From positions 21,216,558-21,280,557 of the forward strand of contig OZ316895.1 of the NCBI GenBank assembly GCA_973895155.1: 64,000 nucleotides of DNA, in the 5' to 3' direction. The translations under genes and the position numbers were made by a program. Position 1 is the first letter of the stretch, and every line of letters begins with the position of its first letter. Shown here in pieces: positions 14,930 through 28,900 of this stretch. The stretch comes from Marsupella aquatica (Eukaryota > Plantae > Marchantiophyta). The notes below the pieces were generated by a model. The model was given only the letters and a program-made list of their open reading frames with translations, had not been told where the DNA came from and ran no database searches.

Positions 14930-15980
14930 ACTCATAGAACCTTTTCACCTATCTTCTTCGTCTTGTTTAGAGGGCTGGAATCCTTCTTGTTCTTCTTCCA
15001 TTCCTGTTACATGTCCTGGTTGATGCTTTCACAACGTTAAAAGTCTCCTGAGCAATCGGAACATTTGAACAACGCAGCTGCACACCTTCTTCTGCCGGGA
15101 TTAGTTTCTTTCTGCAGGTATGAACTCATCATTTGTGGGTGCAATGTGACATTTCTTCCTGTGGTTAGAAAGGCTGCATTCATTCACCTTCAGATTGTCT
15201 CGCGTTCCTGTTCTCCACAAAATCCCGACTTTCTTTATGTACAAATTTTACAGGATTCCTCCGTCAGTCTTCCCCACTCCTGCCAAGCAAGCCGTCACCG
15301 CAAAATTTCCTGCCTAGAGAAGGGCTTAACCTTTGTGAGAAATATGCTGAACAACTCTAGGAGAGTGCACCTGACCACGCTGAATCCGTAACACCTACGA
15401 TATGTTGAGTTGATCATCATAATTAGTGAGCCATTCTTCGTAAGTCAAGACGAGGCGTACGCGAGATCAAACGACTCGTTGATCACACCATCAACACACC
15501 GACTTAACATCGTGGTTTTGCGGATTTAGCGGGAGTGTTACATTTTACTCTTCAGAGAGTTTTCCACATTCCTCAATGGAGTTGTGACCTCTTGGTAATT
15601 TAGTTGGTATGGATGGACCATCTAGCTTTGACTACCGTAACACCAGCGATGAGGTTCATTCACCTTAGTGGAGAAGCTTGTGACGACCTCGGAAGAGCAT
15701 TTCTGAAAAATGTGGTTCTATTGCTCTTGAATAGGATCAGTCATCCCTTCAATGTAGAAGTTTCTCTCCAGAGGAAAGATATCTTGAAAGAGAGCCTTGG
15801 TTGAGTTCTGTCTAAGCACATTCAAAGACTGTCGTTATAAATCTAGGCAGCGAACTCCGTTACTTTGGAGAACATGCTTCTCATCAAGTACCGGCACAGG
15901 ATCTCAAAGATGGCACTCAGGATTTCTTCAGATCTCAACTGTGGCGCTCAAGATTTCTTCATGCATTCAGAGACGACCGA
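14930..15980 (-). pseudogene. Possible decayed coding sequence (TE or gene remnant), product unknown
   Basis: Long minus-strand protein-like frames broken by scattered stops (e.g. RQSLNVLRQNSTKALFQDIFPLERNFYIEGMTDPIQEQ*NHIFQK). No recognisable motif. Confidence 0.3.
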
Positions 15981-16292
15981 GCAAGGTAGGAAAACTGAAA
16001 TGCTATTACAACGGCCAGTTGCATCATTGGTTTTGAAAGGGTAGATTGCTCTTACCCTGTAATGTACACGGCATTGAATATAGATTGGAAATCCTGGGAT
16101 GGAGATCCATTGGAATGAAGCTTTCTCTAGCAGACATTTCTCTGCCAGTTTGTCCACACCCACTCCTAGTGCTTGCCGACTGACCTAAACCGACGGTAGG
16201 TTTACTGCAAATTCTCTTCTCTAGTTGCTAACTTTATGAATGTCCTTTCCACTCGTCTATACCACAGTGAAACACCTCTTGTTTGATTTTAA

Positions 16293-19248
16293 TTAAACAT
16301 CTGCTTTGATCTTTGACCTAAATCTATCCAGTATGCCCCATTTCTCTTTTTTTCCTCTGAATGAAGTCGTTCCAGACAAGTCTAGAAAATCCTTATCCCT
16401 TTCTTTCTCTCGCTGCAAGGCTAGTTCTAGTTGACTCATCAGGGCGTCGACCTTTATTTGTGCTGCCTCCCTGCTCCGAAGAGCTTCTTTGAGCTCGAAC
16501 TCCAGCTCTGATTGTTTTGTGTGCCCTTCCTCTACTCTTCCCCTCAAATCAGTGATCAAAGCTTCATTTTGGCTAAGCTTCTGGACAAGCGATCGCTTCT
16601 GTACTCCATACAAGGGAAGAAAACAGAAGGTGGTCAGAATTTCACCGAAAGGTACGTGAATGAGGTCAGATTCAATCAACTCATCCCTGGGAGAAACTCA
16701 AATGTCTGAACAAAACTCAATTTCCCCGTTTGCAAAAGCGCCATATGACTAAGGACCAGCCAATAAATCGGAGAGCAGAAACTGAGACTCAAGCTCCTGA
16801 ATCTCGTCCTGGATCAATGCCACCAGGAAGAAAAGCACTCTTCCATGTTCTAGTCTTTCGTCTTTGGGCCATAAGTTGTAGTAGGAATCGAGTTTTAAGA
16901 GTATAGGTATTTTAACTGAATCAGATGGAATGTTTGCTAGGTAAGAATTAAATACCTCTTGACGGTACAGACAGTTATCTCCATATTCTCTATCAAAATT
17001 AGGACTTCCGGTCAAATTTGTTTCTGAGTCACTGCTCGCCATTGCTTGGCTTGAAAAAGAAATTTGTTGGGATTTAGATGTGATGGATTCTGGCCTGTTC
17101 CTGGGACTCATTTGTGAGTCATCTGTGACAGAATCTGGCCGAGACGAAAAGTTCCTCTGCAAGTCATCAATAACAGGTTCTGGTCTAAACAATGGATTCT
17201 CCTCTACTCTCAGGGCAATCAGTGAATCACCAAGCCTCCGGCACTCAGTTGAGCCCTCAAAAGCCTTTAGTTGGTTAGCCTTTTGGATCTGCTCTCTCAC
17301 TGTATCTTCCAATTCCTCAATTGTAGCATGCAGTTGTATTCTTGCACGTTCTTCTTGCTCCAATCTCTGTTTGAGTTCGTCCACAGTCACCTCAAGTTGT
17401 GCATTCAATCTAAGCAAGTTGGAGATTTTCAAGTCATCATCTTGGTGTTGACTAATATTCTCCTTCAGTTCCCTGATTGTAACCTCTAAATCTGCATTTA
17501 GAGTTTGCAGTTCACCGAGTTTCACATTATTCAATTCCTGTGCAGAAACTGCTCGGAGAGTAGTTACACAATCAGGCGGTCTGCCGGTTGGTCGACCTGT
17601 CAACGTTCCAGCAGGTGGATACGCAACGCTGTCCAGCATCAGCAGTAGTTCTGTGACTCGTTTGGAACTTTCGTCTAGCTGTTTGGAACTAGATTCCAAC
17701 TTTTTCTCAAATTCAGCTCTGGTTTGGTCAAGACAGGTTTGTAGCTCCGCTACTCTCTTGTTTCTATCTTCCACTTTTTTCTCGTATTCAAGAGTTCTAT
17801 CGTCAGCTGCAGCTAGTTTTTGGTCCACCTCAATACCCCTAATTTCTGCTTCCTTCCTTTTCTGCTCTGCGACTGATAAGCTATGATGAGCCTGCTTCAA
17901 CGCACTTCTGAGATTCTCCTCTGCCTCAGCTCTCTTCCGCTTTTCAGCATTGAGAGCACTTGCCCTCTGCTGTTCAAACATTTTCAGCTTCTCTTCAGCA
18001 TCCTTCAGTTTGCTTCTGAGTGCTTTATTCCGCATCTCTTCATCGATTCGAACTCGCGTTTCCTGTTTAGCACGAATCTCGGCCTGTACCTGTTCAGCAT
18101 ATTCATCGTCGGAATTTACACGTTTCTCTGAGGAGGGCTTTGTAGAACAAAGGCTACTCCGGTTTATAATAGAATTCATTCTCTGCTTCAGGTCATCTGA
18201 TTTAATCGTGAGGAGATAAAGTCATTGACAATTTTGACATAAAGTCTATTAGTTGGAGATCTTGGCAGCTGACAACTGCTGAACAGAAAATCAGTTCGCG
18301 TGTTTTGGTTCAGATATTGAACCAGTAATGGATAATGCACAGTTGTAGCTTTCATCCAGACTGGTCAAAGAGCAACACAGCACTTTGATCCAACAGCAAG
18401 GGGGATAAGACTGAAGGGACTGTGGGTGACGAAGGTGGTAATGTTCAGGCCCTGAGAATGAGGACAAACGTTTTTTGTGGCGAACAGAGCAGGGACAAGG
18501 TATTGCGTTGAATAACAAATCAAATATTCACATCATTTTTCCACTTGTATTGTTCCACGTGGAGATCTCGGTTGCAAGGGCTAGAGGGCACGGTGAAGAC
18601 CAGAAACCCACGAGCCTTTCTTTAGAAATAATTGAGCCTAAACATTGACTATTAAATCACATGCCAATTGGATTCTTCGGTACCCTAACTTATGTGCGAT
18701 CTATTGGCGTGTCATGTGTTGCCAAAGTAGCTCAAAAGTTTAGGTCAAGCAAATACCCGTCTTTCTGTCTCTTCCAAGCACTTTGCCTCCGCCTCTGCTC
18801 TCTTTTTCATCACCTCATGTGCTCTGTGCTCCGCATCCGCCCTCTTCTTACATTCCTCAAAGGCTTGATTATCAAAAACTTCCCTAATCCTATCAAATCT
18901 GTTCGCATCTTCTGCTGATGCCTCTTGGCCTTCTGCTTGCCGTGCTGACGAAATGGCTTCTGTGATTTGAGTTTCCAGCTCCCTTGTCTTGTTCTCAGCA
19001 TCTTTCCTTCTTTTGTCAGAAATGCTGAACCGTATCTCCAAATCCTGGGCCTTCCGTTGAGCAAGACACGCCTTTGACTCAGCTTCATGTCTTCTTCTGT
19101 CATGGTCAGCTACAGCGCCATGCAGATCATGAAGCTCCTTTTCAAGAGCAGCAATTTTTGATGTAGCTGTGCGAAGGGCTATTTCAGCATAAGCTGCCTT
19201 TCCCACTGAAGATTCGGCCCTTTTGGGTGTGGAGACCTGATTCGGCAT
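16293..19248 (-). CDS. Uncharacterised long coiled-coil protein, multi-exon, exon joins partly unresolved
   Basis: Three same-strand heptad-rich ORFs (18745-19269, 16749-18179, 16293-16679) rich in E/K/R/A/L, with repeated KRKRAEAE/RRKDAE/KKRAEAE motifs. Donor GTATTT at 18756, acceptors near 18197 and 16600. The phase mismatch implies an extra unresolved small exon. Confidence 0.7.
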
Positions 19249-21615
19249 TCTCAGGAGAACGGCACACACTTGGTTTCCTTTCTATTTGGCTTTGCTGGAA
19301 ATGTTGTCCAAATTTAGTCTAAACTCTGTTCACGCCCACAATTGTGGTGACAATCAGTCTCACTTCTTGCCTCTCCTGACGTGCCTAACCATAGCTGCAA
19401 CCAAGCAGACCTCTAATTCTCTGCAGAATGCCCCACTAAACAATTTAATGCTATATTGTTTGTTGAGATACGATGTAAGTTTTCGCATGTGCTTCGTTTG
19501 TTTCTTCGAGTAACCTTGTTTGAACTCTTCAATGCGATAATCAAAGACCAGATAATTCGACTGCATACACTTACCTCCATAAACCTCCGAAATACTGGAA
19601 TCGAGCCGGCCACTACATCGTGACATGCTACAGGCCTGGACTTCAATATTGACAGGCATTTTAAGCTAATCACGATAAAGAAATCTGGTAAATGTCCCCT
19701 TGTGAACGTTAGATTCATATAGATCAATGGGGCCTTCATCTATTCCATGTAGCTATCATTGGTTACCTTTGTAGGACACTACCCTGGACCTTAATACGTA
19801 TCCTACTTCCAAACGACGTGGGTGAACGATAGAAACACGCCGTGTTGTTTCCATTCCGTTAAAAAAGTACTTAAACACCCCAACTGAAACTCAGCACTAC
19901 GCAGGACGGACGTGACACAATACATGAAGCGCGGAAATATAATGCAGTGTGATTTAGCCCATGAGGTGATACGTTAAATTGGAAACAAAAAATTAGGATC
20001 AATGCAGTGAACTCGACAGGCCATTTCCTCCAGACTTCAGGGATGCAGCCTGCATACCAGTCAAAGGATGTTGGTATTGACTCGACAATCAAGAAGCATG
20101 ATGATCTCCACAATTCGGTTGAGTTTTTATGGCGAAATACACTGGAGTTGGCCCTTTCGTCTTGCTACAGTAATTGTGGTGATTATTTTCACCGTACTTC
20201 TCAATTCATCCAGCCTTCTCTTGGAAATATACAGCAAGGTCATTGAAGCTACTGCTTTTAAGTCAGGGGTCTCTAGGTCATAGCAATTCCATGAATTTTC
20301 TCACATGAATGAAGAACACCCCATTTCAGGAGGCAGTGTCCATTACATTGATCTCAATTTCCATGTCTTGGATTACACAATGTCTCGTGAATGCAGATGA
20401 GAATATGGTTCTGCGAGAACTCGTCGTGGGCTTCCTTTTCTTTGCACCAGTTTGCACCATCGTGTTCTATCCAGCTTGTCTGAGAGAAAGCAGGCAAGCC
20501 AGCAGTTGGTATCTTATGGCTGAGCAATCTATGCACTAGAACGGCCGGGTATCAAATACAATCGTGGCCATACGGATGATGCTTGTCCTTGAAAGGCCCA
20601 TCTACTGCTAGCAAGAGCAAAAGATATGCAAGCTGTAATTCTGTCCTCATCCTCCCTCCTTTCCATTCCACAACCTGCATTAGTCTCCACCTTCTTCCAG
20701 TTCAACGATCAGGAGCATGAAGATTCTGAAGAAGATCACGGTAATGGAGTGAAATCCCGTTCCCATCATGCGGCAGATGTAGTAGTTACGGGTTTGAATC
20801 ATCTGCATAATTGCTCATATTTCAAATTCGGTATTGGAATTGCGCACTCAGAATCGCAGTAAAGTTCAGGGAGCAGACAGTCTACCACTCTCCGCATCCA
20901 GGAATGAGGGTATTCACCGTCCCGCGATCAAAAGGACTCCAGCAGGAGATACACATATGGAGCCACATTGTTCCCCGGACGAGAGGGATTTCGAAGTCCA
21001 AAAATCGTCTCTAATCAGAGACGACAGAACTCCACCACATGTTTATGTCTCAAAACCAGAATAACCTTGGACAATGCCCCTTTTCTCCCCCGGCATTTAA
21101 AACCGCAGATGAGGTTAAATTCACAAAAGGAGACTTATAGAATCATGAAAGTGGGAGCGAGGACACACAAATGTTGCCCAATCAGACACAATTTGGTAGA
21201 AGCCCCACGACTGAGCCATCAGCTTTGACGATTTCATGAAATCCTGCACTTGAGTAGACTAAGGCCCGAATCTCATCTCACACCAGCACCGCAGCACCAT
21301 CGCACCACGCTTCATCCTGATTGTGAGATCCTTTCCCTTCGGCCTCTTCTTCCATCATGGATTCCCGATTCCTGCTGGACCGTAACTTGATTTGAGAGAA
21401 TTCAGAGGTGGGCGTCTACAGCAATACAGTGCAGCAAGAGGACAGACACTCGCATGGATTGTTGTTAGTGTGCTCCGCGTTTTCTGTCGACATGGATTTT
21501 CCGCCGGCATTGCTGCAGACAGAGAATCGTCCATTCTGTGATTTGCTCTGTTCAGTTTGTTGTCTTTCGAGAGCATCTTTCGCTTTTGGTGTTCTTCTAT
21601 TTTCCTCTCGGCTGA

Positions 21616-21740
21616 AATCTGGAGCTCTCGGGTACTGCGCAGTTAACTGCAGTAGTCCAAATCTGGAGCTCCTTGTACTTCACAGTTAACTGCAGTAGCC
21701 CAGATCTGGAGCTGTATGTAGTGCGTAGTTTAACTATAGT
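21616..21740. repeat. Tandem repeat of about 43 bp x3 with an internal palindrome (cagttaactg)
   Basis: aaatctggagct...gtactgcgcagttaactgcagtagtcc repeated at about 21616, 21659 and 21702. Confidence 0.8.
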
Positions 21741-22494
21741 ATATGTTTTACTTTCTTTGTTTCTTTCTTTCTTGTTTGATCTGAAAATAAGTTAATTTTG
21801 AAACAGGGTTAATTTTAAAGCAGGGAACCCAGGAGCAGAGCAAAAGGACACTGGAGGAGGCAGTAGCACCACCTGGACCCAAGAATGTAATTCCTTTCAG
21901 GAAGAAAGGTTACCCATGTGTAACCTTTTCTACTAGGTGCTACCATTTCCATAACCATATGCCAGGAAAGTCTTACCCGGTAATTTGTTTCCGGACAGGT
22001 ATTACATATGATAATGACTCTTTATGCTACAGTTCTAGTCTGAAACTTGTTTACACAAAGCTCATAAAAACTGCCATGGGTCAGCATTTACTCACTTTCT
22101 GGTCACAGGGAGGGTTATACGCTAGTAACCCCAAACAAAATAGTCATTACCCTATACATAAAGGCCATGGCCCCTAGTTCAAACAAGACCTTCAGGCTGG
22201 CATGGGTCTTAGTCAGCAGCCTCCTAATGGCCAAAATTTGAGTCTGCCTACAATCCCACATCCAGTGCACAAAGTGGCCATCCCGGCCTCCAATGGGAGA
22301 TAGCCCAATGCCTCTATATTTATCTGGTCATGGACATGTTATTGGGTCTTGAACAAGGGGCCTCACTTTTCTACATCAAAGTAAATCTCTTCATTAGGGT
22401 GTCTCGACATTTAGCCATACCAGTATAAGTTATTCCCCTAACTCAAGGAACTCCTGTAAAAGTTATGTGAGTTGATCTTGGGCTACCGTAAGGA

Positions 22495-22566
22495 AAGCCC
22501 ACCGGCTCAACACAACTTTTATCTTTAATAAGCCCACCGGCTCAACACAACCTTTATCTTTAATAA
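22495..22566 (+). repeat. Tandem duplication of about 35 bp
   Basis: aagcccaccggctcaacacaac(t/c)tt(t)atctttaata occurs twice. Confidence 0.85.
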
Positions 22567-23250
22567 ATTTTCCAAAACTCTAGCGGGAGGTTAGGAAATC
22601 TGGAAAACTGTAATTGAAGGCACATGAACTTTTGCACTTGAGTTGATGATGAGTGTTGCATTTGAGGTGGTGGCTAATTGAGAATAAAGAAAAAATTATA
22701 TATATTATGAGAGTAAGATGAGAGACCTAATTCCTGCCTCATGAGGCAAGTCAATGCTATCTGGCTCCATTTTTCAAAATTTAATAATTGGGTCCCGAGA
22801 CAAAGGCCTCAAGGGGGCTTTTAATCAAGGGGACAACTCACTTTCAGTGAGCTTTACCAAGCAGATTTATCATTTAACTACTGCAGTCATCAAATTGATT
22901 CCCTCTTTTAAAAATGAACACTTTAGTAAAATTTGGTGGAATGAGGGAATGATTCGAATCCCACTCCTTTATCATTCCTGATGAGCTTCTACATTTCAGC
23001 AAAGTTTGGTACGAGGGAATGATTTGAATCAATTAATTAATCAATCTGAATCTGAATCTGAATCTGACAAAACGTCAGAGGGAGGCCCATTGAGATCAAT
23101 CAGACTAAAATTCTGGATTAGCTATCTTGACTTCGAAAAGAACGATTTCAGATGTCTCTCAAAGTTTACTCTCTAGATTTCAATGCGCTCACGATACCAT
23201 TTTCTCTCTTCTTGGCCATTGCATGTAAAGCAATCACCACGAGGTGCTTC

Positions 23251-23385
23251 TGTGACATCCTGTTCGCCCAAGCCAAGCATTTGACACAGCTCCAGCTCCA
23301 AATGTCACTCTCTGAGCTGTGACATCCTGTTCACCCAAGCCAAGCATTTGACACAGCTCCAGCTCCAAATGTCACTCTCTGAGCT
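23251..23385 (+). repeat. Tandem duplication of about 67 bp just upstream of the P450 remnant
   Basis: tgtgacatcctgttc(g/a)cccaagccaagcatttgacacagctccagctccaaatgtcactctctgagct occurs twice. Confidence 0.9.
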
Positions 23386-23399
23386 TCTTCTCATCGAGC

Positions 23400-23900
23400 A
23401 TGCAGACACTTCCTCAGGATCAAGGAATGGGTCAGTACGAAATTCAGGAGGAGTCCACTCAGAACATCAACTCTGTGGTGAGCACGGTCGTAACTGAATT
23501 GCAACTCGATCGGCTCAGGAGAGAGAGAGAGCTTGAGAGTGCACCCAACAGCAGCCCCAATCCTCCATCCCGCCGAGTTTAGTGCATGAGAAATTCAGAG
23601 CATCACCGTGGGTGGGTACGTCATCCCAAAAGGATAGGACGTCCAGATCACTATAATTATTCGGAGTTCATGTGGATCCAAAAGTGTGGACCAATCCTGA
23701 CTAGTGGGACTGTGGGACCCTGAGCGGCCTCGGAATGACGAGATCATTGACTAAAGTGGCACGGACCTTCGGATTGCTCCATTCGGTGTCAGCGCATGTG
23801 TCCTGGGCTCCAGCACGCCATGCTCACCATTCCCATGATCATCGCCACCTTTGATTCACTACTGGAGCTTGCTTCATGCCCATGCCCATGACCTCGAGGA
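23400..23900 (+). pseudogene. Cytochrome P450 pseudogene fragment (C-terminal half)
   Basis: Across frameshifts and stops: ExxR motif RESLRVHPTAAPILHP (about 23524), ITVGGYVIPKG*, FGVHVDPKVWTNPD*WD, PERF-type WDPER (about 23713), heme motif PFG...RMCPGLQHAM (about 23780-23822). Confidence 0.85.
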
Positions 23901-25930
23901 TTGTGCTGCAGCTGACAAGACGTCCAGCGACGTCATACCAAATCTGAGCCTCGATCCATATCTTCAGACAGCTTGCTGCAGTGCCCAAGTGAACCCGAAA
24001 TGTAGCTAACATAATCTGAAAGGCCCGAGTGTTCTACCGAATCTTCGCAATTGTAACGTGCTGCTGCCGATCGGTGTTTGGAAAGAAACCGTAGCCAACG
24101 CTGGCAAACTCGAGGATTCGACGTGAATCCTCTGGTATGTCGTTGGCAGTGCATCTTCGCCAGCGCGACTGACGTACCTCTCGACTTGGTTAGTGCTTGG
24201 TTAGTGCTTCAGAAAGATATCCTCCACCATGAAGAACGCAGGTTATCTCGGTTTCTCCCGCAAGTATTCATCCAAGAGAAGGCTTGGCATTACTTTGGTG
24301 GTGTTTCAGAAAATTCTTGACTGACATCTGTGATCCGAACTACAAGTCTAGGTGACAAGCAAGTTATCCCTATAGCCGATCTTAGCCACTTTCCAGGTAG
24401 CACTCGAAAAGTGCCTCAAATACATACCGTAGACATGGAAATGGACCCGAAGGCTAGCTTGCACCTTAACCTCTCCATAATAGCGAATGTTGTTCATGAT
24501 TTCTAAGCAATTCAAGTCAGGTAATGAGAAGACAGACTTGCATGGCCGAGCAGAACAGATCCATGAGTACCGCAACCTTCGATTTTGCGACCACTAATGC
24601 GCTTACAGAGCCCACGAAAAACAAAACTTTTTTTCTTTCCACCTCAATCAAACGGCACTTCAGCTCCTGACATGTTCGGGATCATGCTCGGGATACCCAA
24701 CTCGCAGCATGACAAAACAAAGCCCAACACTTCATAATTCCAAGCAATCAACATTCCTTACGCTAATCCGGCTAAAGTCGACTTCGCCTCTAATATGTTG
24801 TCGCAAGCTGGCATCGATAAAAACAATTGCCAACCGGAGCGGAACATCATCCGAATACGAAGATACCGAGAAGAATGATTAATTTTGTAAATTGGAATGG
24901 TAGTCACATAGGGATACGCTTCAATATACATCCCAAATCACAAGCCAGTACCACTTAAACTTGTATATTACCAACCACAGAAAATCACAGGGACACAGAA
25001 GATAATTCACTACAACGTGAATTCCACGTCCCCTCAGCTGTTGTAGATTCTGTAGCACACAGACAGGACGCTCCCAGAATTGAATTTAATCTTATGTGGG
25101 AACACGACCAAGAGCCCAGAGGTAAACAAGTCATACCTCTGTGCTGTCAAAATCTGCAGAGAACAGTGCAAGGGACAGGGCACGTGCAAGATACGACGAT
25201 TCTAGTGATGGACAGCATGACACAACCTTAAGTGTCCCACAAGGCATGCATAGGAATGTGGTCATGGGGATGCATACACTTCAACATGAACTAACACAAA
25301 GTAGAGACATCTGCCTTGTTCTTGTGTCACGCTGCGGAGATGAAAATTGTAGTAGTGGAAATATGCTTTCCTGACACACAGATACAAAAGAGACACAGCA
25401 CGCTGGTCTATGATTTTCAGTAAACGCTCACCTGCTTACAAATTAACTATATGATAGGTACTGCAATTGAGTGTTAAGGTAGCTGTTGATTCTCCGAAAA
25501 TTAGAGCATCTACAACCCTGCCTTCCAGAGACGGATTTCGATTGATCGAGTTTTTCATCTAGAGAAATTCTTCACAAATAACCCTCTGGAAAAACCCATG
25601 TAATTGACAGAAGGACCATCAAGTTGATTTGATATGTCTACTTCTATCCAGGGTTGCAAACTGCCTTTGGTGCGCCCAATTGGACCTGGGTGGCTAAAAC
25701 AGTGTTGCATTTCTAAGGAACCTAATCTGAAAGGGCAAAAGAATGGAGTAACTCTTATACCATGAATATTATATTCTAACCACACAACCTGTATGTTTAA
25801 GTGCCCCGTGCTGTAAGGATTTTCCACCAAAGCCAAGATTTGCTTCAGTTCAGTTAAGAGCACAGCATGGAATCGGAGAGCACATCTTGCTACTGGTCCG
25901 ATTTCTGCTTTGCTTTCACCCAAAAAGAAA

Positions 25931-28900
25931 TTATGTTGCAATGGCTTCTGCAACTTTGTTCGCCGGAACGCGTTGCCTCTGCTCTACGTATGTGCTCGGA
26001 AACCAGCCAGCTTTTCCTTTGCACTCCCCTTCTGACCAGCCGGTGGGTGAAACCTGTTGTAAACGATAAAAGTGAGAAAAACGTTGAGATATTCATCCGA
26101 GCTCATCAATAAATCAGCTATAATATCAAAAACGTCAGCTACTTCAATAAAGCTTAAGTTCACCGTCGCAGCTGCAGTTAACATTCATTAACACAGTTTT
26201 GAACGAGGGGCCAACCTGTCTCACGACAACAAAATCCCCAACAGCGATACTAAGCTCGCCTTCTGACTCGGCTTCAAACCCATGCATTACCTGGGAAACA
26301 AAAAAAGAGCAAAGGTTACAAATCCAAGCAAGGAATACTAGTCTATCCCCATAACCTCCAGAAGAATTGCCAGGAAGGCTCTCAGCTTACTTTTGGAGAA
26401 GACATTTTTTAGAGATACAAACCTCAGCCAAGAAGTACATCGCTTTCTGAGTATGTACACCAGCATTGCCAGCACTGTGTGGTGAGGCAGTTGTGCGAGT
26501 GCCATTCGATTTTATGTCGTCATATGATGGAGGCTGAATGAAAGAATCTGCAGCTACAGGACCTTGTAAAGATGGTGGTCCTGACTCGCTTCTTTGACGC
26601 TCAGACACCATCTGATAATAACAGTCCGTCAGTTCACAACAGGGACTATCAATCAATTGCACCTACATACCAAAACAATGCACAGTAGAAGAGTACGGGC
26701 ATGATAGGTGTAAATTGCCGGTTCGTACCTGTGCCTGAAGCTGATCTAGAATTTCTGATGCGCGCTGGTGATAAGCTCTCTCGGCTTCCACCTGGATATA
26801 TACGGAAAAATCTCAAACTAATGTTTCCCAGCACTCACCACTCACAAAACAATCCATTGTATCACAGAAGATGGCTCGCTGACTATGCCATGGAGGATTC
26901 ATCATAATTTTTCACATCAATGATTGAGCTGCCAAACAATTGGCCTTAATCGCAGCACCTGCAGAAAAGTGCCTTCTGCTATGTTAAATTGAAAGTTGAC
27001 TTCAAACATCTAGAAATTCCTTCCCTCTACGTTCAAAGGGCACTCATTTTTCAGAAGAAAATAAACTTTACCATCGCAATCAACCGCTGAAGCGTTAGGC
27101 GCTGCTGTTGAGCCTCGACTGCAGTCATGGCAGCTGCTGCTTCCTTTCCTAGAACAGCCATTGCTGAGGCAAGTTCTCCCATTTTCGCCTCCGCAACTTG
27201 AAGCTTCACAGTGTTTTCTGGATTTCCACCTGCCTCTCTCTGCTTCAGCTGCCTTCTTCCGACCTCGTTGGCCTGCAAAATAATTGAGGCGTTGACAGAA
27301 CAACATTATTAGAAGAATTAACGAGCATCAAAACATATTTTAAAAATGGAGCTTAAATCATTTTCCATTACATTTCCAATGAATTTCACACTTAATTCCA
27401 GTTCATCTGCAAGTCCCGACTCTACTTGTCAAAAATTTAAACCTAATCTATGAAGCAACCATGTAACTCATTTTCATAAAAACCGCTACTTCATACAACT
27501 ATCCTGAAAGAACTCTAAGAAATGCGCCAAAACATAGAGAACATAATTTCTCAGATGGGACATAACGGAAACAACAAGCCTCTAGAGTACCAACCATGAT
27601 CGAATTTAAACCACTGGCACTAGATTTTGAGCATAGTCCAGGCACAGGCAAGATGTTGTCTGCCGTGTTTGATGGGCTCTGATGGGTTTCTGGTTTACAT
27701 CATACGTTCTGAAGTCCTAGCAGTTAATCCATAGAAACGTAATGACTGTCAATCTCGAGTTTAGCTAAATGGACAATGAGACCGCTCAACCGCTGAGAAT
27801 TTCGAGAACCATCTGTAAGATACTGCCTAGTCTCGTCGTGGCTAGGAGTAAATATCTAATAATCGGGTTTGAGTAGGGACTCAGATTCTTGAAACTGAGG
27901 TCTTAGAAGGAAGAATTAACAATTCACAATATGCCTGGCTTTAAAGATCCAAACCAAGTACTATTTCCATGGGTATCAAGATCAGAAAATAGGAATGAAC
28001 ATGTCCTCTGGTTAATTATATCGCTTCATTCGATGTCTACGGCAAGTGACTAAGAATGATGCATTATCAGTTGAGGGTTTACCTGAACTTCAGCCTCTTG
28101 GCGCAACCTGTCATATCGCTGAGTCAAATGTCGGGCATCCTCCAGAGGTGCTCCCATGACCATAGCCCTGAGCGGTTCAGCCACCTAATCACAAGCAGCG
28201 CAGAGATTCTCAAACGCAGGAACATAGAGAAGAGATCAATCTATTTCGGAAAACATGTGCCCTCTTCGTGATTCATGAATTTTACCCATCGTAGGTTTCA
28301 TACCTGTGTGCTAAGTGCTCTGTGTAAATTATCCCGCTCCCTTTCCATGTGAGTTCGGGCAGTGCCATGGTGCAGAGAAGCTCGTGCAAGTGCACCGCCC
28401 ACACCTGGACTTTCTGTCGCATATCTCTTACAGTCATCTGCAAGTTTCGTTGCTGTACACAGACAAATCTTCAGAACTTCAGACGGGGTCACAGACAGAA
28501 TGGACCCAGACTTGTTCCTGTGCTCTTTACTTGGCAGAATATAGTTGCGTCAAAGAGACGACTCTTTAAAATTTCAAATAGCTGTACACAGACAAAGACG
28601 ACCTACACTTCCTTCTGTGCTCTGTACTCGGGAAAAATCGTCACAGCAATGTGGTCCGCAAGTAAAGGAGAGTGACATAAGGAGCTCATGAATTTTCGAT
28701 ACTCACCGACTTCGGCTTGCTTGGAACCAGTGCTTAGAAGACCCTCGACACCTCTAACAATCTCACGCTGGTAGTGCTGCATGGCAGACAAAAGAATGTC
28801 ATGAACACTCAACAATTGTGCAGTATATAGCTTTCCGAACTCAATGATCGACAAAGACGACATTCTTCCAGACGATTACGCACAATTGAAGGCCGCGTCA

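Noticed and set aside
17080-18219. Plus-strand Ser/Leu-rich ORFs
   Set aside because: Antisense shadows of the coiled-coil exon.
23930-24330. Protein-like minus-strand frame next to the P450 remnant
   Set aside because: Interrupted by stops and not assignable to any family by eye.
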